64,000 bases of DNA. Source: Candidatus Heimdallarchaeota archaeon. Lineage in GTDB: Archaea > Asgardarchaeota > Heimdallarchaeia > JABLTI01. The stretch's first letter is position 1. Every line of letters begins with the position of its first letter. The notes under the pieces were generated by a model. It searched no databases. It saw only the letters and a program-made list of their open reading frames with translations, and was not told where the DNA came from. This document shows, in pieces, positions 49,978 to 60,353 of this stretch. The DNA is taken from contig JABCTZ010000036.1 of assembly GCA_018238155.1 (NCBI GenBank), forward strand, positions 288,001 through 352,000. Direction: 5' to 3'. A program made the position numbers and the translations under genes.

Positions 49978-50958
49978 TTGGGAGAGCTAGAAATGTCAGT
50001 AATATACTGCTCACTAAAAAAATTCTCAAAAAAAGAAAAGGGGGAAATTTGTGCAATTTGCAGAAAAAGTCTGAAAAAAGATGACTTAATAATTCAATGC
50101 TCAAATTGTAGTACTTTTTTTCATCACAATCATCTACAAGAATGGTTGAATGCGAATTCTGAGTGTCCTGTTTGTAGAAACAATTTGATAATTTTGATTT
50201 CAGAAGATGAAGACATTAATAATAATGCTCTTCATTCAAAAAAAGATACTCTCGAAATTTCGAAAATAGATGGAGTGATAAAAGAAGACAATAAATTGGT
50301 TTTTTTTAATCCAATTTTAAAACCAAAAATATCATCAATTGTTTTACAAATCATAATATTGACAACGGGTTTTCTACTATTTAGCATTATTCTTATTGAT
50401 TTTACAATTGTAATCAGTGTAAACATACTTCAATTTGAATCAATCAGTTGGATGAATATTGTAATTGCATTACCGTTTTTATTAATCAGCATATTCATCA
50501 TAATTTTGGGAGTAGAGAATGATAAAATCACTTTTAGTAATAATTGGCAAAATTTAGAGCTGAATGATAACAAGATTGTTGTTACAAGTAAAAAATTACC
50601 AAAGGAAATTGAGCTATTTCCAAATAAAATAAAATCAATATTAATTGAAACATATGAAGATGAATTTGAAGAACATGAAGAAATATTAGAGGATTTGTAC
50701 TGCTTAAGATTAGAAATTAAATATGATGACGGAAAGAAATATCATTTCAGAAGGATCTTTGCAAATATTAGCTCTTCCAAAACTGAACGAGTAGCCCATG
50801 TGTTAGAAGAGTTCTTAATGGAAAAATATTCTATTCAAATATCAGTTTTTACAGAAGAAATGGAGAAAAAGAAGGAAAGAATAAGAATTCTTTGCATCTG
50901 TATAGGAGTAATTTTACTATTGAGTATCATCCTAACTCATACTAGGTTCTACTTCTAG
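49978..50958 (+). CDS. RING-finger membrane protein
   Basis: C-x2-C-x12-C-x2-C-x4-H-x2-H..W..C-x2-C; two TMs, a beta-rich domain and a C-terminal TM. Confidence 0.8.
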   Translation: MGELEMSVIYCSLKKFSKKEKGEICAICRKSLKKDDLIIQCSNCSTFFHHNHLQEWLNANSECPVCRNNLIILISEDEDINNNALHSKKDTLEISKIDGVIKEDNKLVFFNPILKPKISSIVLQIIILTTGFLLFSIILIDFTIVISVNILQFESISWMNIVIALPFLLISIFIIILGVENDKITFSNNWQNLELNDNKIVVTSKKLPKEIELFPNKIKSILIETYEDEFEEHEEILEDLYCLRLEIKYDDGKKYHFRRIFANISSSKTERVAHVLEEFLMEKYSIQISVFTEEMEKKKERIRILCICIGVILLLSIILTHTRFYF

Positions 50959-51165
50959 TTTTTCTAAAAAAAAGAGATAAGAATTTTTAACTTATTCCAA
51001 GTTCATCTAGCTTATTGAGAGCGCTACCAATACGTCCTGCTATAGTGTTGAGAATAATTTCCATGCCGTCAATTATTATTCCAAAACGAGCTATATATTA
51101 TCACTGACTCATTATACCAATCTTTGATAATAAATATTATAGAAAATGAAGGGGGAAATTGATGA

Positions 51166-53514
51166 TTATTCGTCATCAATAAATATTTGATCGAAATATT
51201 TTTGCAATTCAAGATTATCTGTATCAGGTATTTCTATTTCTTTATCTTTAATAACAAGTTCACCCTCGCCTCTAATACTTAAAGGATACTCTTCTTCATC
51301 TCCTCTTACTTTTGGAGATTCTTCCACAGGTTGCCTTTTAAGATGACGCTTTCTAGAAAAAGCCAAATAAACTAATCCAATAGCTGCTAAGGCAACAAAT
51401 CCAACAATGGGGAAAATTAGATTTGATAAATTAATCATTAATGGTATTGAGTCTAAATGGGCAATAATCAAAGATATTTCAGAAGAAGTAATGAATATAT
51501 GATTATTGGCTATAAATAAATCTTGAATACCCACTATTCCACTTATTGTTCCTTCTAAAATTGGATTTGATTTATCATTGATATCCAGAGCATAAATTGA
51601 ATTTGTATAACTATTATAGATGTAGATGTAATTATTAGAAACACAAATCTTTCTATAATAATAGTAACTCTCTTCAAGTTCATGATTAATAATAGCTAAT
51701 TCAATTGGATTGAGTAAGTCGTGAATATCATATATTACCAATCCTTTTCCGCGTATAGAGGTATAAATGTAATTGTTCTTAACAACAATATATCGAATAT
51801 AGTGATCGAAAGCAATTATACTTGAATCATTAATAATATTCCCCGATTGATCTAAAGAGTAAATACTTAGCTCTCTTGATAAACGGTTCACGATATATAG
51901 ATAATCATTATTTACTTTAATTTGCTCTGCTCTATTTCCTATCAAAAATGTATTTTGTATAGTTAAATTATTAGGGTTTGCTAAATTAATGAGAGCTATC
52001 CCGCGTTCATAAAATAAACCATTATATATGAAATATTTAGTATATAATTTATCTTCAATAATTTCAATTGTTGAGAAATCAATAAAATAATCTTTATTTT
52101 TATACTGAAAGCGATTATTACATGTTCCAATTAATTGAGGATTATTGGGTTTGGAAATATCATATATGAGAATTTTGTATCTAATCTCATAGAAATAGCT
52201 AAAGGCAAACACGTATAGTTTATCTTCTTCAACGAATATTGATACCTCTTCAAATGGACACTCTATAAATGAGACAAATTTTGGTCTAGTTGGGTTTTTA
52301 ATATTTACAATAAAAATACCACACAAAAAAGTAGAATAAATAGCATAATTTCCTGAAACAATTACTTCTTTTGAAAGACTAGAAAAAAGAATTGTGTCTA
52401 TAAATTCTAATTCATTTGGATCATTAGTTGAATAGATTCTTATTCCAGTGAAAGAATCTAATACGATTAAATATTCACCTTTAAAAATCATATCTATTGA
52501 AAAGCTTGGTATTTTTACTTCACAAATAAGGATTATTTCTTCTGGGCTACTAATATCTGCTTTTACTAAGTGGTTGTTACTTGCTAAGAATAAGTAATCG
52601 TCTTTTACTGCTAAACAAGTAAATCCAAATGGTACATCAATATGCTTGGAAATTAACTTGAACTCTAGACTTAAATCAAAAATAGACAGCTGCATTTCCG
52701 AAGTTGAAAAAAGATAATTATCAATTATTTTCAAATTTCTTTCAGCAAGATTTTTTTCATAATAAACCATTTTAGCTTTTGGGTCTAAAATCGAAGAATA
52801 ATTATATTCTAACAAATAATCAGTAACGGATAGAATTATTTTATCAATATTATTATCTTTATAAAAAATGACATCATAGTAATTACTAACTCTAAATGTA
52901 ATCCGATTGACAAAAATAGGCTTCTCTATATTCTCTATATTGTAGATACGACAGCCTTTTAAATTATCAATTACAAAGAGTGCTGAATATCTAATCTTGA
53001 AACTTATATAGTATAGGTTTTCAATATAGATTTCGGATACTTTTTCTGGATTAAGAATATCTGAAAAATCATAAATTACTATTCCTCTCCTTAAAGCAAT
53101 TAAACAATAACTATCTTTGATAATTGTGCTAAAGACAAAAACAGTAAACTCTGAATCAAAGAAATCACCACTGAATTCTGCAATAAATTTTGGTTTTTTC
53201 ACATCTGAAAAATCAAATAATATTAATCCATCATAACCACATGAAAGGAATAATATATCTTGATTTCCAATTCGTGCTAATTTTAGCTCTCGAGGTTTAG
53301 CCTGTATAGTTGCAGAAAAAGTACTCAAAATACTACAATCAGTTAATACAACATCTTCTAAGGGTTTATCATTGGCAGTTGGAAAATCAGTCGAAATATT
53401 TTGAGCTGTCAAATCTTCTATTGAAGTGTAGATAAAAATAGTGTTTAATACTAAGAGCATCAAAATAGCTGTAGATAGTAATTTACCTTTATATTTTGTT
53501 TTTTGGACAAACAT
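51166..53514 (-). CDS. LVIVD-repeat beta-propeller surface protein with TM and acidic cytoplasmic tail
   Basis: Many I.D/NI..P.NP repeats; TM IFPIVGFVALAAIGLVYLAF. Confidence 0.85.
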   Translation of the reverse strand: MFVQKTKYKGKLLSTAILMLLVLNTIFIYTSIEDLTAQNISTDFPTANDKPLEDVVLTDCSILSTFSATIQAKPRELKLARIGNQDILFLSCGYDGLILFDFSDVKKPKFIAEFSGDFFDSEFTVFVFSTIIKDSYCLIALRRGIVIYDFSDILNPEKVSEIYIENLYYISFKIRYSALFVIDNLKGCRIYNIENIEKPIFVNRITFRVSNYYDVIFYKDNNIDKIILSVTDYLLEYNYSSILDPKAKMVYYEKNLAERNLKIIDNYLFSTSEMQLSIFDLSLEFKLISKHIDVPFGFTCLAVKDDYLFLASNNHLVKADISSPEEIILICEVKIPSFSIDMIFKGEYLIVLDSFTGIRIYSTNDPNELEFIDTILFSSLSKEVIVSGNYAIYSTFLCGIFIVNIKNPTRPKFVSFIECPFEEVSIFVEEDKLYVFAFSYFYEIRYKILIYDISKPNNPQLIGTCNNRFQYKNKDYFIDFSTIEIIEDKLYTKYFIYNGLFYERGIALINLANPNNLTIQNTFLIGNRAEQIKVNNDYLYIVNRLSRELSIYSLDQSGNIINDSSIIAFDHYIRYIVVKNNYIYTSIRGKGLVIYDIHDLLNPIELAIINHELEESYYYYRKICVSNNYIYIYNSYTNSIYALDINDKSNPILEGTISGIVGIQDLFIANNHIFITSSEISLIIAHLDSIPLMINLSNLIFPIVGFVALAAIGLVYLAFSRKRHLKRQPVEESPKVRGDEEEYPLSIRGEGELVIKDKEIEIPDTDNLELQKYFDQIFIDDE

Positions 53515-56252
53515 TATCTATTTCTCCTTCGATTTTTTCGACAACGATATATTATTGTAAGAGTGCTGAGAAAAATAATCAATAAGAATGTGAAGTTAAT
53601 AGAGGATTTAGCTTGAGTTTCATTGGGGTAATCATTAGGATCCATTGGATCAGTTCCCATCTCAATTTCAATCTTATCTGAAAAATTATCAAAATCGCTA
53701 TCACTTGAGTTTGGATAAGTTCCTAACAAGTATTCTTCATAATTTGTTAAACCATCCAAATCTAAATCTGTTAACATATCTTTAGGATCATTTGGATTCA
53801 GCTGATAGGTATATTCCCACCAATCATCCATTTCATCTTTGTCCGTATCATTTGATAATGGATTTGTTAAACTAAATAATATCTCTATTCCATCTAGTAG
53901 CTTGTCTTGATCTGTATCATTTATTATCGGATTAGTTGAGTGAAGAAATATCTCATTGTAATCAGTTAGCTGATCAGTATCTGTATCAACCAAATTTGGA
54001 TCTGTTTGATAATAGAATTCTTCAAAATCTGATAGGTTATCTGAATCTGTATCGATATCAAATGGGTCTGAAAATTGCAAAGATTCTTCATAATTAGATA
54101 AATTATCAAAATCATAATCCAAATCTCTATCTGATGAGTTTAATGGATTAAGGTCATAATAAGCTTCAAAGTAATCATTCATATTATCTTCGTCTGTATC
54201 CTGATTGGTTTTATTTGTGTTAAAATAATTATCTTCAAAACAATCAAGTAATTGATCATAATCAGTGTCTTTGCCAAAACTTGTTATCCCATTTGATGTT
54301 TTATAATAGAAAATTTCTTCATCGGTAAATATTATCTTATCGTAATAAGGATTTTTAATTAAGGTTTGACTCAGAACAGGAAAATTGTTAGTATCAATTT
54401 TGTAAACGTTGATAGTGATGTGAGTTTCTAATAGAAATAGGTAGTTTTCTATTATTACTAACTCAAAGATAGTTTTTAACACAACCAAGGTAAATTTTAG
54501 GGTTGGGTTTAATGGGTTTGATATATCATAAAACTTGATATTATTATTTTGATTTGAAAATATTAGTAAATTGTCAGCAAATACTATATCATTATAGTGA
54601 TTCAAATCTCCACAAGAAATTTCGGCTAATAATTGTATATCTTGTTTGTCTGAGTAATTATATAAAAATATTAAATCAGTATAGCCAGAGTAAACTGCAA
54701 TTGTATCATTATTTATAGCAAACTTCTCCATTGATCCATTCCAATCAATATTAAATATCTGAGTAGGATTTGAAATAATCTCAATATCAATAATTAGAAA
54801 TTCATTGTTAATTAGCAAGAATATTAAATCATTTTTAATCTCAAAATTACTAACTATATCATATTGATAATTCAATTTGTGGATTAACATAAGACTTGGT
54901 TGAAATGGGTTACTTAAGTTGTAGAAATAAAATCTAGAGTCAGATGATGATGCTACAATTAAATAATTATCAACAACAGCCATTTTTTGGATAGTATAGT
55001 TAAATAACAATGATTTTGTTAAATGCGGGTTAAATGGGTTCGAAACATTGAAAATCCGAATACCAGTAATATCGATGCTACTTGCATACATAAGATTTTG
55101 ATAAAAACAAATAGAATCAATATATCTTCCAATTATACTTGATACAATATTAAAATTACTTGATTCTGTTATGTTGACAATATAAATAATATCTTGATTT
55201 GTATACAAGAATAGAAAATTATCACAAAAATCTACTCCATCATAGTAATAATTATGTAAAGGTTCGCTTTCCCCAATGTTAATTGGATGTTCAGGGTCTA
55301 CTAAACTATAAATATCAATTATTTTGCTTTCATAGACTGTATATTGCTCTAAGTATAGGTGTTCATTTTCGAAAGCAATAATATGACGATAATTTACTCC
55401 AATTGCTGATAAAGTTTCAATTGAGGTAATATTCTCATAACTATAAATGGTTACCAAATTACTCTTTTCAATTATCAAGATATCATCTTTAGCAACGATA
55501 TCGCGCCATTCAAATGAAGAGCTTGTATCATCGTGATAGATTTTTATAAGTTCAATACTTTCACTATTCGAAACATCAAAAAAGAAAATGAAACACGAAT
55601 AGTGGTCTGCTAAAATTAAAGTATCATTATCTAATAATCCTCTAAAAAAACGAGGCATAATAATTGATTCATAATAAACCTCGATTGGGTTCTCAGAATT
55701 TGAGATATTGAAAACATAAACTCCATCATTATTTAAATAGAAAAATAACAAGTCATTCTTAATTTCAAACCAGAGTATAAATTTGTGAGAAAATTCAAAG
55801 ATTAGCTCAGGAAATTTCAGGTTAGAGATATTGTAAATGGCTAATGAGTTTCTTTTTACAATTGAGATATTAGGTTCTAATATTTCAAATTTAAATATAT
55901 CATCATTTGGGAATAAAACATCTTCAAACAGTATATTTGACATATTTTCACAATTGTAAATCATTATTCCTTCATCAGTACAAATATAAAGTAAATTATC
56001 TTGTTTGTATGAATGATAAGTTTTAGTAAAAAATTTGTCTTTAATCTCTAAGCCTTTTGCGAAATTTAAATCCTCTTCTTCTTTCTGAGAGAAATCATTA
56101 ATAATTCCCTTATCCAAATCGGTCTCATTTTCGCTAGATTGAGCTGAGTTTTCATAATTTATGAAATTGTTTATGCTTGAAGTTGAACCAATCAATAGTA
56201 TACAAATAATTAGTAAATTAAAGCAATAGTGAATAACTTTTTTGTTTAACAT
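53514..56252 (-). CDS. LVIVD-repeat + TSP3-like Ca-binding repeat surface protein
   Basis: I.N/D.S.P..P repeats; DTD.D.L.D..E....T.P repeats; C-terminal TM followed by basic residues. Confidence 0.85.
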   Translation of the reverse strand: MLNKKVIHYCFNLLIICILLIGSTSSINNFINYENSAQSSENETDLDKGIINDFSQKEEEDLNFAKGLEIKDKFFTKTYHSYKQDNLLYICTDEGIMIYNCENMSNILFEDVLFPNDDIFKFEILEPNISIVKRNSLAIYNISNLKFPELIFEFSHKFILWFEIKNDLLFFYLNNDGVYVFNISNSENPIEVYYESIIMPRFFRGLLDNDTLILADHYSCFIFFFDVSNSESIELIKIYHDDTSSSFEWRDIVAKDDILIIEKSNLVTIYSYENITSIETLSAIGVNYRHIIAFENEHLYLEQYTVYESKIIDIYSLVDPEHPINIGESEPLHNYYYDGVDFCDNFLFLYTNQDIIYIVNITESSNFNIVSSIIGRYIDSICFYQNLMYASSIDITGIRIFNVSNPFNPHLTKSLLFNYTIQKMAVVDNYLIVASSSDSRFYFYNLSNPFQPSLMLIHKLNYQYDIVSNFEIKNDLIFLLINNEFLIIDIEIISNPTQIFNIDWNGSMEKFAINNDTIAVYSGYTDLIFLYNYSDKQDIQLLAEISCGDLNHYNDIVFADNLLIFSNQNNNIKFYDISNPLNPTLKFTLVVLKTIFELVIIENYLFLLETHITINVYKIDTNNFPVLSQTLIKNPYYDKIIFTDEEIFYYKTSNGITSFGKDTDYDQLLDCFEDNYFNTNKTNQDTDEDNMNDYFEAYYDLNPLNSSDRDLDYDFDNLSNYEESLQFSDPFDIDTDSDNLSDFEEFYYQTDPNLVDTDTDQLTDYNEIFLHSTNPIINDTDQDKLLDGIEILFSLTNPLSNDTDKDEMDDWWEYTYQLNPNDPKDMLTDLDLDGLTNYEEYLLGTYPNSSDSDFDNFSDKIEIEMGTDPMDPNDYPNETQAKSSINFTFLLIIFLSTLTIIYRCRKNRRRNR

Positions 56253-56468
56253 AGTTGTCCCCTTTTGATTTACACAATATTTCTTTATTAAACATCCATC
56301 TCTTAGTTATTTCTTGGTTTTTTAATTATAAAAACAATAGCATTCAAATTGCATTCTATCGTTATAAAAAAATCAACCAGATATTTCACTTGTTTTAATT
56401 TCCACATCTGTGCAATTCTCAATCGTAACAGATTCAATTCCAAAATTGGAATATTCAATATTATCAAA

Positions 56469-57161
56469 TTACATATCATCGGTATCAATGAAGAATATAG
56501 CAATACAATCAATGATTAGAATTAACATCTCTGATGTTTGAGCTAGAGTTTGTAATACAGCATTGCTAGTAATTGCTTTCATAGAATAAAACACTGCGAA
56601 GAAAAGCAAAGCAATGAACACAATTATTGTAATTGCTAAATCTCGAAAGAAGGCTGGTGTTTTTTTAGGTTTTAGAGGACGATGTTTTCTAGTAAATCTC
56701 ATCATTTGCAATATGAAGTTGAGTATACCAAAACCGGCAATAAACATTGCTGCACCGATTCCATGGATAAGTCTTAAGGGTTGAGCACCTGCAGGTACAG
56801 CAGTTAAAATCGCTCCAATTGACATAATAAGGCTAAATATGCCTTTTATAATATTGTTTTCGAGATCTTTCTTCACAAAATATATTATTGCTATAACAAG
56901 AAAAATCACTCCACAGAGACAAAAACCAGTGCTAAAAATAATCAATGACGTTAAATTTGGCAGAGAATTTAGGCTCACAAATTTTCCAAGCTGACTCACA
57001 TATTCTTGAAAGAAGATGAATTTTTCCGGATAGAAAACCCATGAAAGAATAACGGTAAAAATTAGAATTGGTGCAATAGATATAATTAATCCTTGGAGAA
57101 ATTTCTGTGTATTTAGGCTGCCATTTTCCTTTTCAATTTTAGTTGGAGTTACTGATTGCAT
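56469..57161 (-). CDS. DUF998-like membrane protein
   Basis: YP..F.FF.EYVSQLG, IH.IGA.MF, about 6 TMs. Confidence 0.7.
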   Translation of the reverse strand: MQSVTPTKIEKENGSLNTQKFLQGLIISIAPILIFTVILSWVFYPEKFIFFQEYVSQLGKFVSLNSLPNLTSLIIFSTGFCLCGVIFLVIAIIYFVKKDLENNIIKGIFSLIMSIGAILTAVPAGAQPLRLIHGIGAAMFIAGFGILNFILQMMRFTRKHRPLKPKKTPAFFRDLAITIIVFIALLFFAVFYSMKAITSNAVLQTLAQTSEMLILIIDCIAIFFIDTDDM

Positions 57162-57403
57162 GTGTTATTCTAATCATTTGAACTTTATATATTTATATCC
57201 TAGTAAATCTTGCAATTTCTCATATTCCAAAAGCAACTACTAATTTTGTCATAATATAGTGCCTTTAGTTTATTTCATTAAAAATTTTATGTGTTTATTG
57301 TCGGTAAAAAGTGAATAAAGATGGAAAATAAAATTTGTAGATTAATAGTTTGGTTGACCATCTTTCTTCTATTATTTACCATTTAACTCTAACTAACATT
57401 CAC

Positions 57404-57688
57404 TTAGATTTGGTCAAAACTACTTTCTTTTGGAGGGGATGATTTTTCTCTTCTTCTCCTCACAAATTCCTTGATAACATTAATGGTGGTAATAATTGCA
57501 AATATTTCAAATGCTATAAACGCTAATGTGAACACGATTATACCAGATATCTGACCAGCACTCCAAGTGTAAATTAGGTCAAGAGAGAATGTGCCGTTTT
57601 TAAAGAAACCAGGAATTACTATAGTTTGTATTAACGCTACTGGAAAGCTTATTCCAAATAATAAAGCACCAAAAAGTAATATTATCAC
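57404..57688 (-). CDS. small 2-TM membrane protein (start uncertain)
   Basis: Two hydrophobic segments and a basic tail. Confidence 0.55.
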   Translation of the reverse strand: MIILLFGALLFGISFPVALIQTIVIPGFFKNGTFSLDLIYTWSAGQISGIIVFTLAFIAFEIFAIITTINVIKEFVRRRREKSSPPKESSFDQI

Positions 57689-57776
57689 TCAAGGAAAATA
57701 ATGACTTGTGTTGATATCGTGCATCTAAAGTAAACAACTCTTTTTGTTTTGGAACTTGCTAGCTTATTGAAGCTTA

Positions 57777-58286
57777 TTATTTGTACAGTTCCCAATGAAC
57801 TAATTCTTCAAGCTGTTTTCTAGATGAATCACGTATTTGATCTGAATAACCAAGAGCAACCAAAGCCATAACATTTAGATGCTCAGGAATATTGAGGAGT
57901 TTTTTTATTTCCACTTCAAATGAGGTTCCAATAACACCTGCCCAACACGTTCCTAAACCCTCTGCATGAGCTTGAATCATAAAATGTAAAATGGTTAATG
58001 CAGTATCTGACATATGGTATTTTGAGTGAATTTCAGGATTTGTTAAAGGGATAAAAACTACTGGGCTTTCAGCAACGAATTTTGCATATGGATGAATTTC
58101 AGCAAATTTCTTTCTCATAACTTCATCTTTAACAATTAGGAATTCCCAGGGTTGCTTATTAGATGCGGAAGGAGCCCATCTTGCTGCTTCAAGGCATTTG
58201 TTCAACTTTTCTTCTTCTACTGGCTGGGATTTGTATTTTCTAATACTTCTCCTTGATTTCAATAATTCTAGTGTATCCATTTTCAA
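57777..58286 (-). CDS. nitroreductase family protein
   Basis: SRRSIRKY, APSASNKQPW, GLGTCW. Confidence 0.95.
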   Translation of the reverse strand: MKMDTLELLKSRRSIRKYKSQPVEEEKLNKCLEAARWAPSASNKQPWEFLIVKDEVMRKKFAEIHPYAKFVAESPVVFIPLTNPEIHSKYHMSDTALTILHFMIQAHAEGLGTCWAGVIGTSFEVEIKKLLNIPEHLNVMALVALGYSDQIRDSSRKQLEELVHWELYK

Positions 58287-58493
58287 TCACCATTAGATCA
58301 TTAATTTAATCTAACTATCAATTTCTTATAAATGCTCTCAATGCGAAAACAAAGTAATATTTTTGATACGAGCTAACCATGAATCTTTCAATTAATCCCA
58401 TGAAATTACTTGAGATAAAGATTCCGGAAATAACAAGATTCCTTGTTAGAAAAATAATAATTACCAGAGTTTTTTATTCGAAAGTATCATTAT

Positions 58494-58865
58494 CTATTTC
58501 TTGGAATGTTTTTGAAACCATTTTTTTATTTCGTCAAAACTCATCTCCATTTTAGCTACTTTAATTGTCATAGAATAAACTTCACCTAAAGGTGGTGTAA
58601 AAACCAATCCATTTTTACTTAGAAAAATATAAGCTACTAAAATGCCTATTCGTTTATTACCATCAGCAAAGTAATGGTTTTCGACTAGTTCTTTGTAGAG
58701 AATTGTGACCTAATCCCAAATAGTTGGGTTATTTTGAAATGGTATTCCCCAACGAATTTTATGTAGTGTACTGCTTAATCCCTCACGATTCATTAAAGGA
58801 ACAGGTTTCTCAATATATTCTTCATATAAGGTAATAATATATTCCTTGGTAGGCATCCAAACCAT
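58494..58865 (-). pseudogene. doc: Fic/Doc toxin with in-frame TAG at codon 52
   Basis: Manual translation: MVWMPTKEY...PTIWD*VTILYKELVENHYFADGNKRIG...WFQKHSKK; TAG at 58710-58712. Confidence 0.85.
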
Positions 58866-58867
58866 TT

Positions 58868-59125
58868 TTATTCACCAAGTTTTTGCCATTCGTTCCCATA
58901 TTTTCCCATAAATTTCTTAATGCGTTTCTTATCTTGTTTCACTTCTGATTTTGCATCTTTTTCAATTGATTCTAACTCTTCTTTAAAATAATATTGTATT
59001 AGAAAGCGAAATATTTCAGCATCATCTTCAATACCTAATTCTGCTTTAATTAATTCAAAACGTTTTGAAAGGATGCCTTTTAGTTCCATCTGGATTTTTT
59101 TTGACTCAGCCATTCTTTTCACCAA
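58868..59125 (-). CDS. putative antitoxin (RHH-like) upstream of doc
   Basis: Small protein ending 2 nt before the doc ATG; beta-helix-helix N-terminus. Confidence 0.65.
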   Translation of the reverse strand: MVKRMAESKKIQMELKGILSKRFELIKAELGIEDDAEIFRFLIQYYFKEELESIEKDAKSEVKQDKKRIKKFMGKYGNEWQKLGE

Positions 59126-59259
59126 ATGTTTTGTATTTCATTCTCCTTTCCTTTATCTGCTTTAAGATATATTAGATTTTGTTATTAAATTCTAATTATA
59201 ATTGATGATTGAAAATTTATAAAATTTCTCGATTAATAAAAAAACAAGCTACTGTTTAT

Positions 59260-60225
59260 CTATTCTGAAGAATTTTCTATTATTTCTTGGAAAAGACTTT
59301 CATCGATATTTCCACCTGACATAATTGCCGCAACAACTCTATCTTTGAAAAGTGATTTGTTTTCTAATAATGGTGCCACAGCAGCAGCAGCTGCGCCTTC
59401 AACCCTGATATTATCTCTATGCCAGATAAGAGCAAGTGCTTTGCGTATAGTTTCTTCTTCTACAAGAATGACTTCATCAACAAATTGTTTGATAATATCA
59501 AATGTTATTGATCCAAGCTCGATACCACCGTACATTCCATCTGCGATAGAATCCTTCATTTCAACATCGATTATTTTACCCGCTTTAAGCGACTCATAAA
59601 ATACTGGACATGCAGAAGTTTGAACACCTATTATGTTAACATCAGGTTTTTTTGATTTAATTGCGATTGCAATGCCTGCCAATAATCCTCCCCCACCTAA
59701 AGGAACTAAAACATCAGTTATTGAAGGTTGTTGTTCCAAAAGTTCCAAGCCAATAGTACCTTGTCCTGCAACAATTAGTTCATCATTATAGCCCGAAACA
59801 AAAGTGGCAGATTCTTCTTTAGCTAGATTTCTTGCAAAAACTTCAGCTTCGTCATAGCTATTGCCTTCAAGAACTAGCTCAATCTTGTATTTTCTAATTT
59901 TGCTGATTTTGTTTTGTGGAGTACTTTTTGGAATAATGATTTTCGCATAAATCCCTAGTTGTTCTGCAACAGCGCCTACAGCTTGAGCATGATTTCCAGA
60001 TGAAACCGCCATTACTCCTTTTTCTATTTCATCTGACGAGAGACTCAACATCTTATTCAATGCTCCACGTATTTTGAAAGAATTCGTTATCTGTTGATTC
60101 TCTAATTTGAGAAATATTTTACCACCCGTGAGGTTGCTAAAATATTTAGATAAATGTAGTGGTGTTCTTTTGATAAAAGGTTTTATTTTTTCTCTAGCTT
60201 TTTCTATTGCTTTAATATTGACCAT
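59260..60225 (-). CDS. PLP-dependent threonine/serine dehydratase (no ACT domain)
   Basis: KLENQQITNSFKIRGA, SSGNHA, GQGT, GGGGL, SGGN. Confidence 0.93.
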   Translation of the reverse strand: MVNIKAIEKAREKIKPFIKRTPLHLSKYFSNLTGGKIFLKLENQQITNSFKIRGALNKMLSLSSDEIEKGVMAVSSGNHAQAVGAVAEQLGIYAKIIIPKSTPQNKISKIRKYKIELVLEGNSYDEAEVFARNLAKEESATFVSGYNDELIVAGQGTIGLELLEQQPSITDVLVPLGGGGLLAGIAIAIKSKKPDVNIIGVQTSACPVFYESLKAGKIIDVEMKDSIADGMYGGIELGSITFDIIKQFVDEVILVEEETIRKALALIWHRDNIRVEGAAAAAVAPLLENKSLFKDRVVAAIMSGGNIDESLFQEIIENSSE

Positions 60226-60353
60226 GAGAAACGGAAGACTCTATACAATTTATTACTTTTGTAAACATTTGAAAATAAAAAAAGAATACAGAATATTAAT
60301 TAGAAGTGAATCTACTTCTTCTATCAAGATAGATTGAATAATATTTTTGGTTC

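Noticed and set aside
50988-51100. Short minus-strand frame IARFGIIIDGMEIILNTIAGRIGSALNKLDELGIS*
   Set aside because: Possible gene remnant, but too short and without a credible start or a recognisable family
53600-54280. Periodic DNA repeats resembling an array
   Set aside because: Degenerate coding repeats (TSP3-like DxDxD), not CRISPR
56303-56512. 69-aa minus-strand ORF
   Set aside because: Overlaps the upstream gene end, has no motif, and is probably intergenic
57689-57724. In-frame ATG...TGA directly upstream of the 94-aa membrane ORF (MHDINTSHYFP*VIILL), a possible Sec or Trp recoding
   Set aside because: No redox motif or SECIS-like element seen and TGA is a normal stop here; chance or a simple nonsense mutation is more likely
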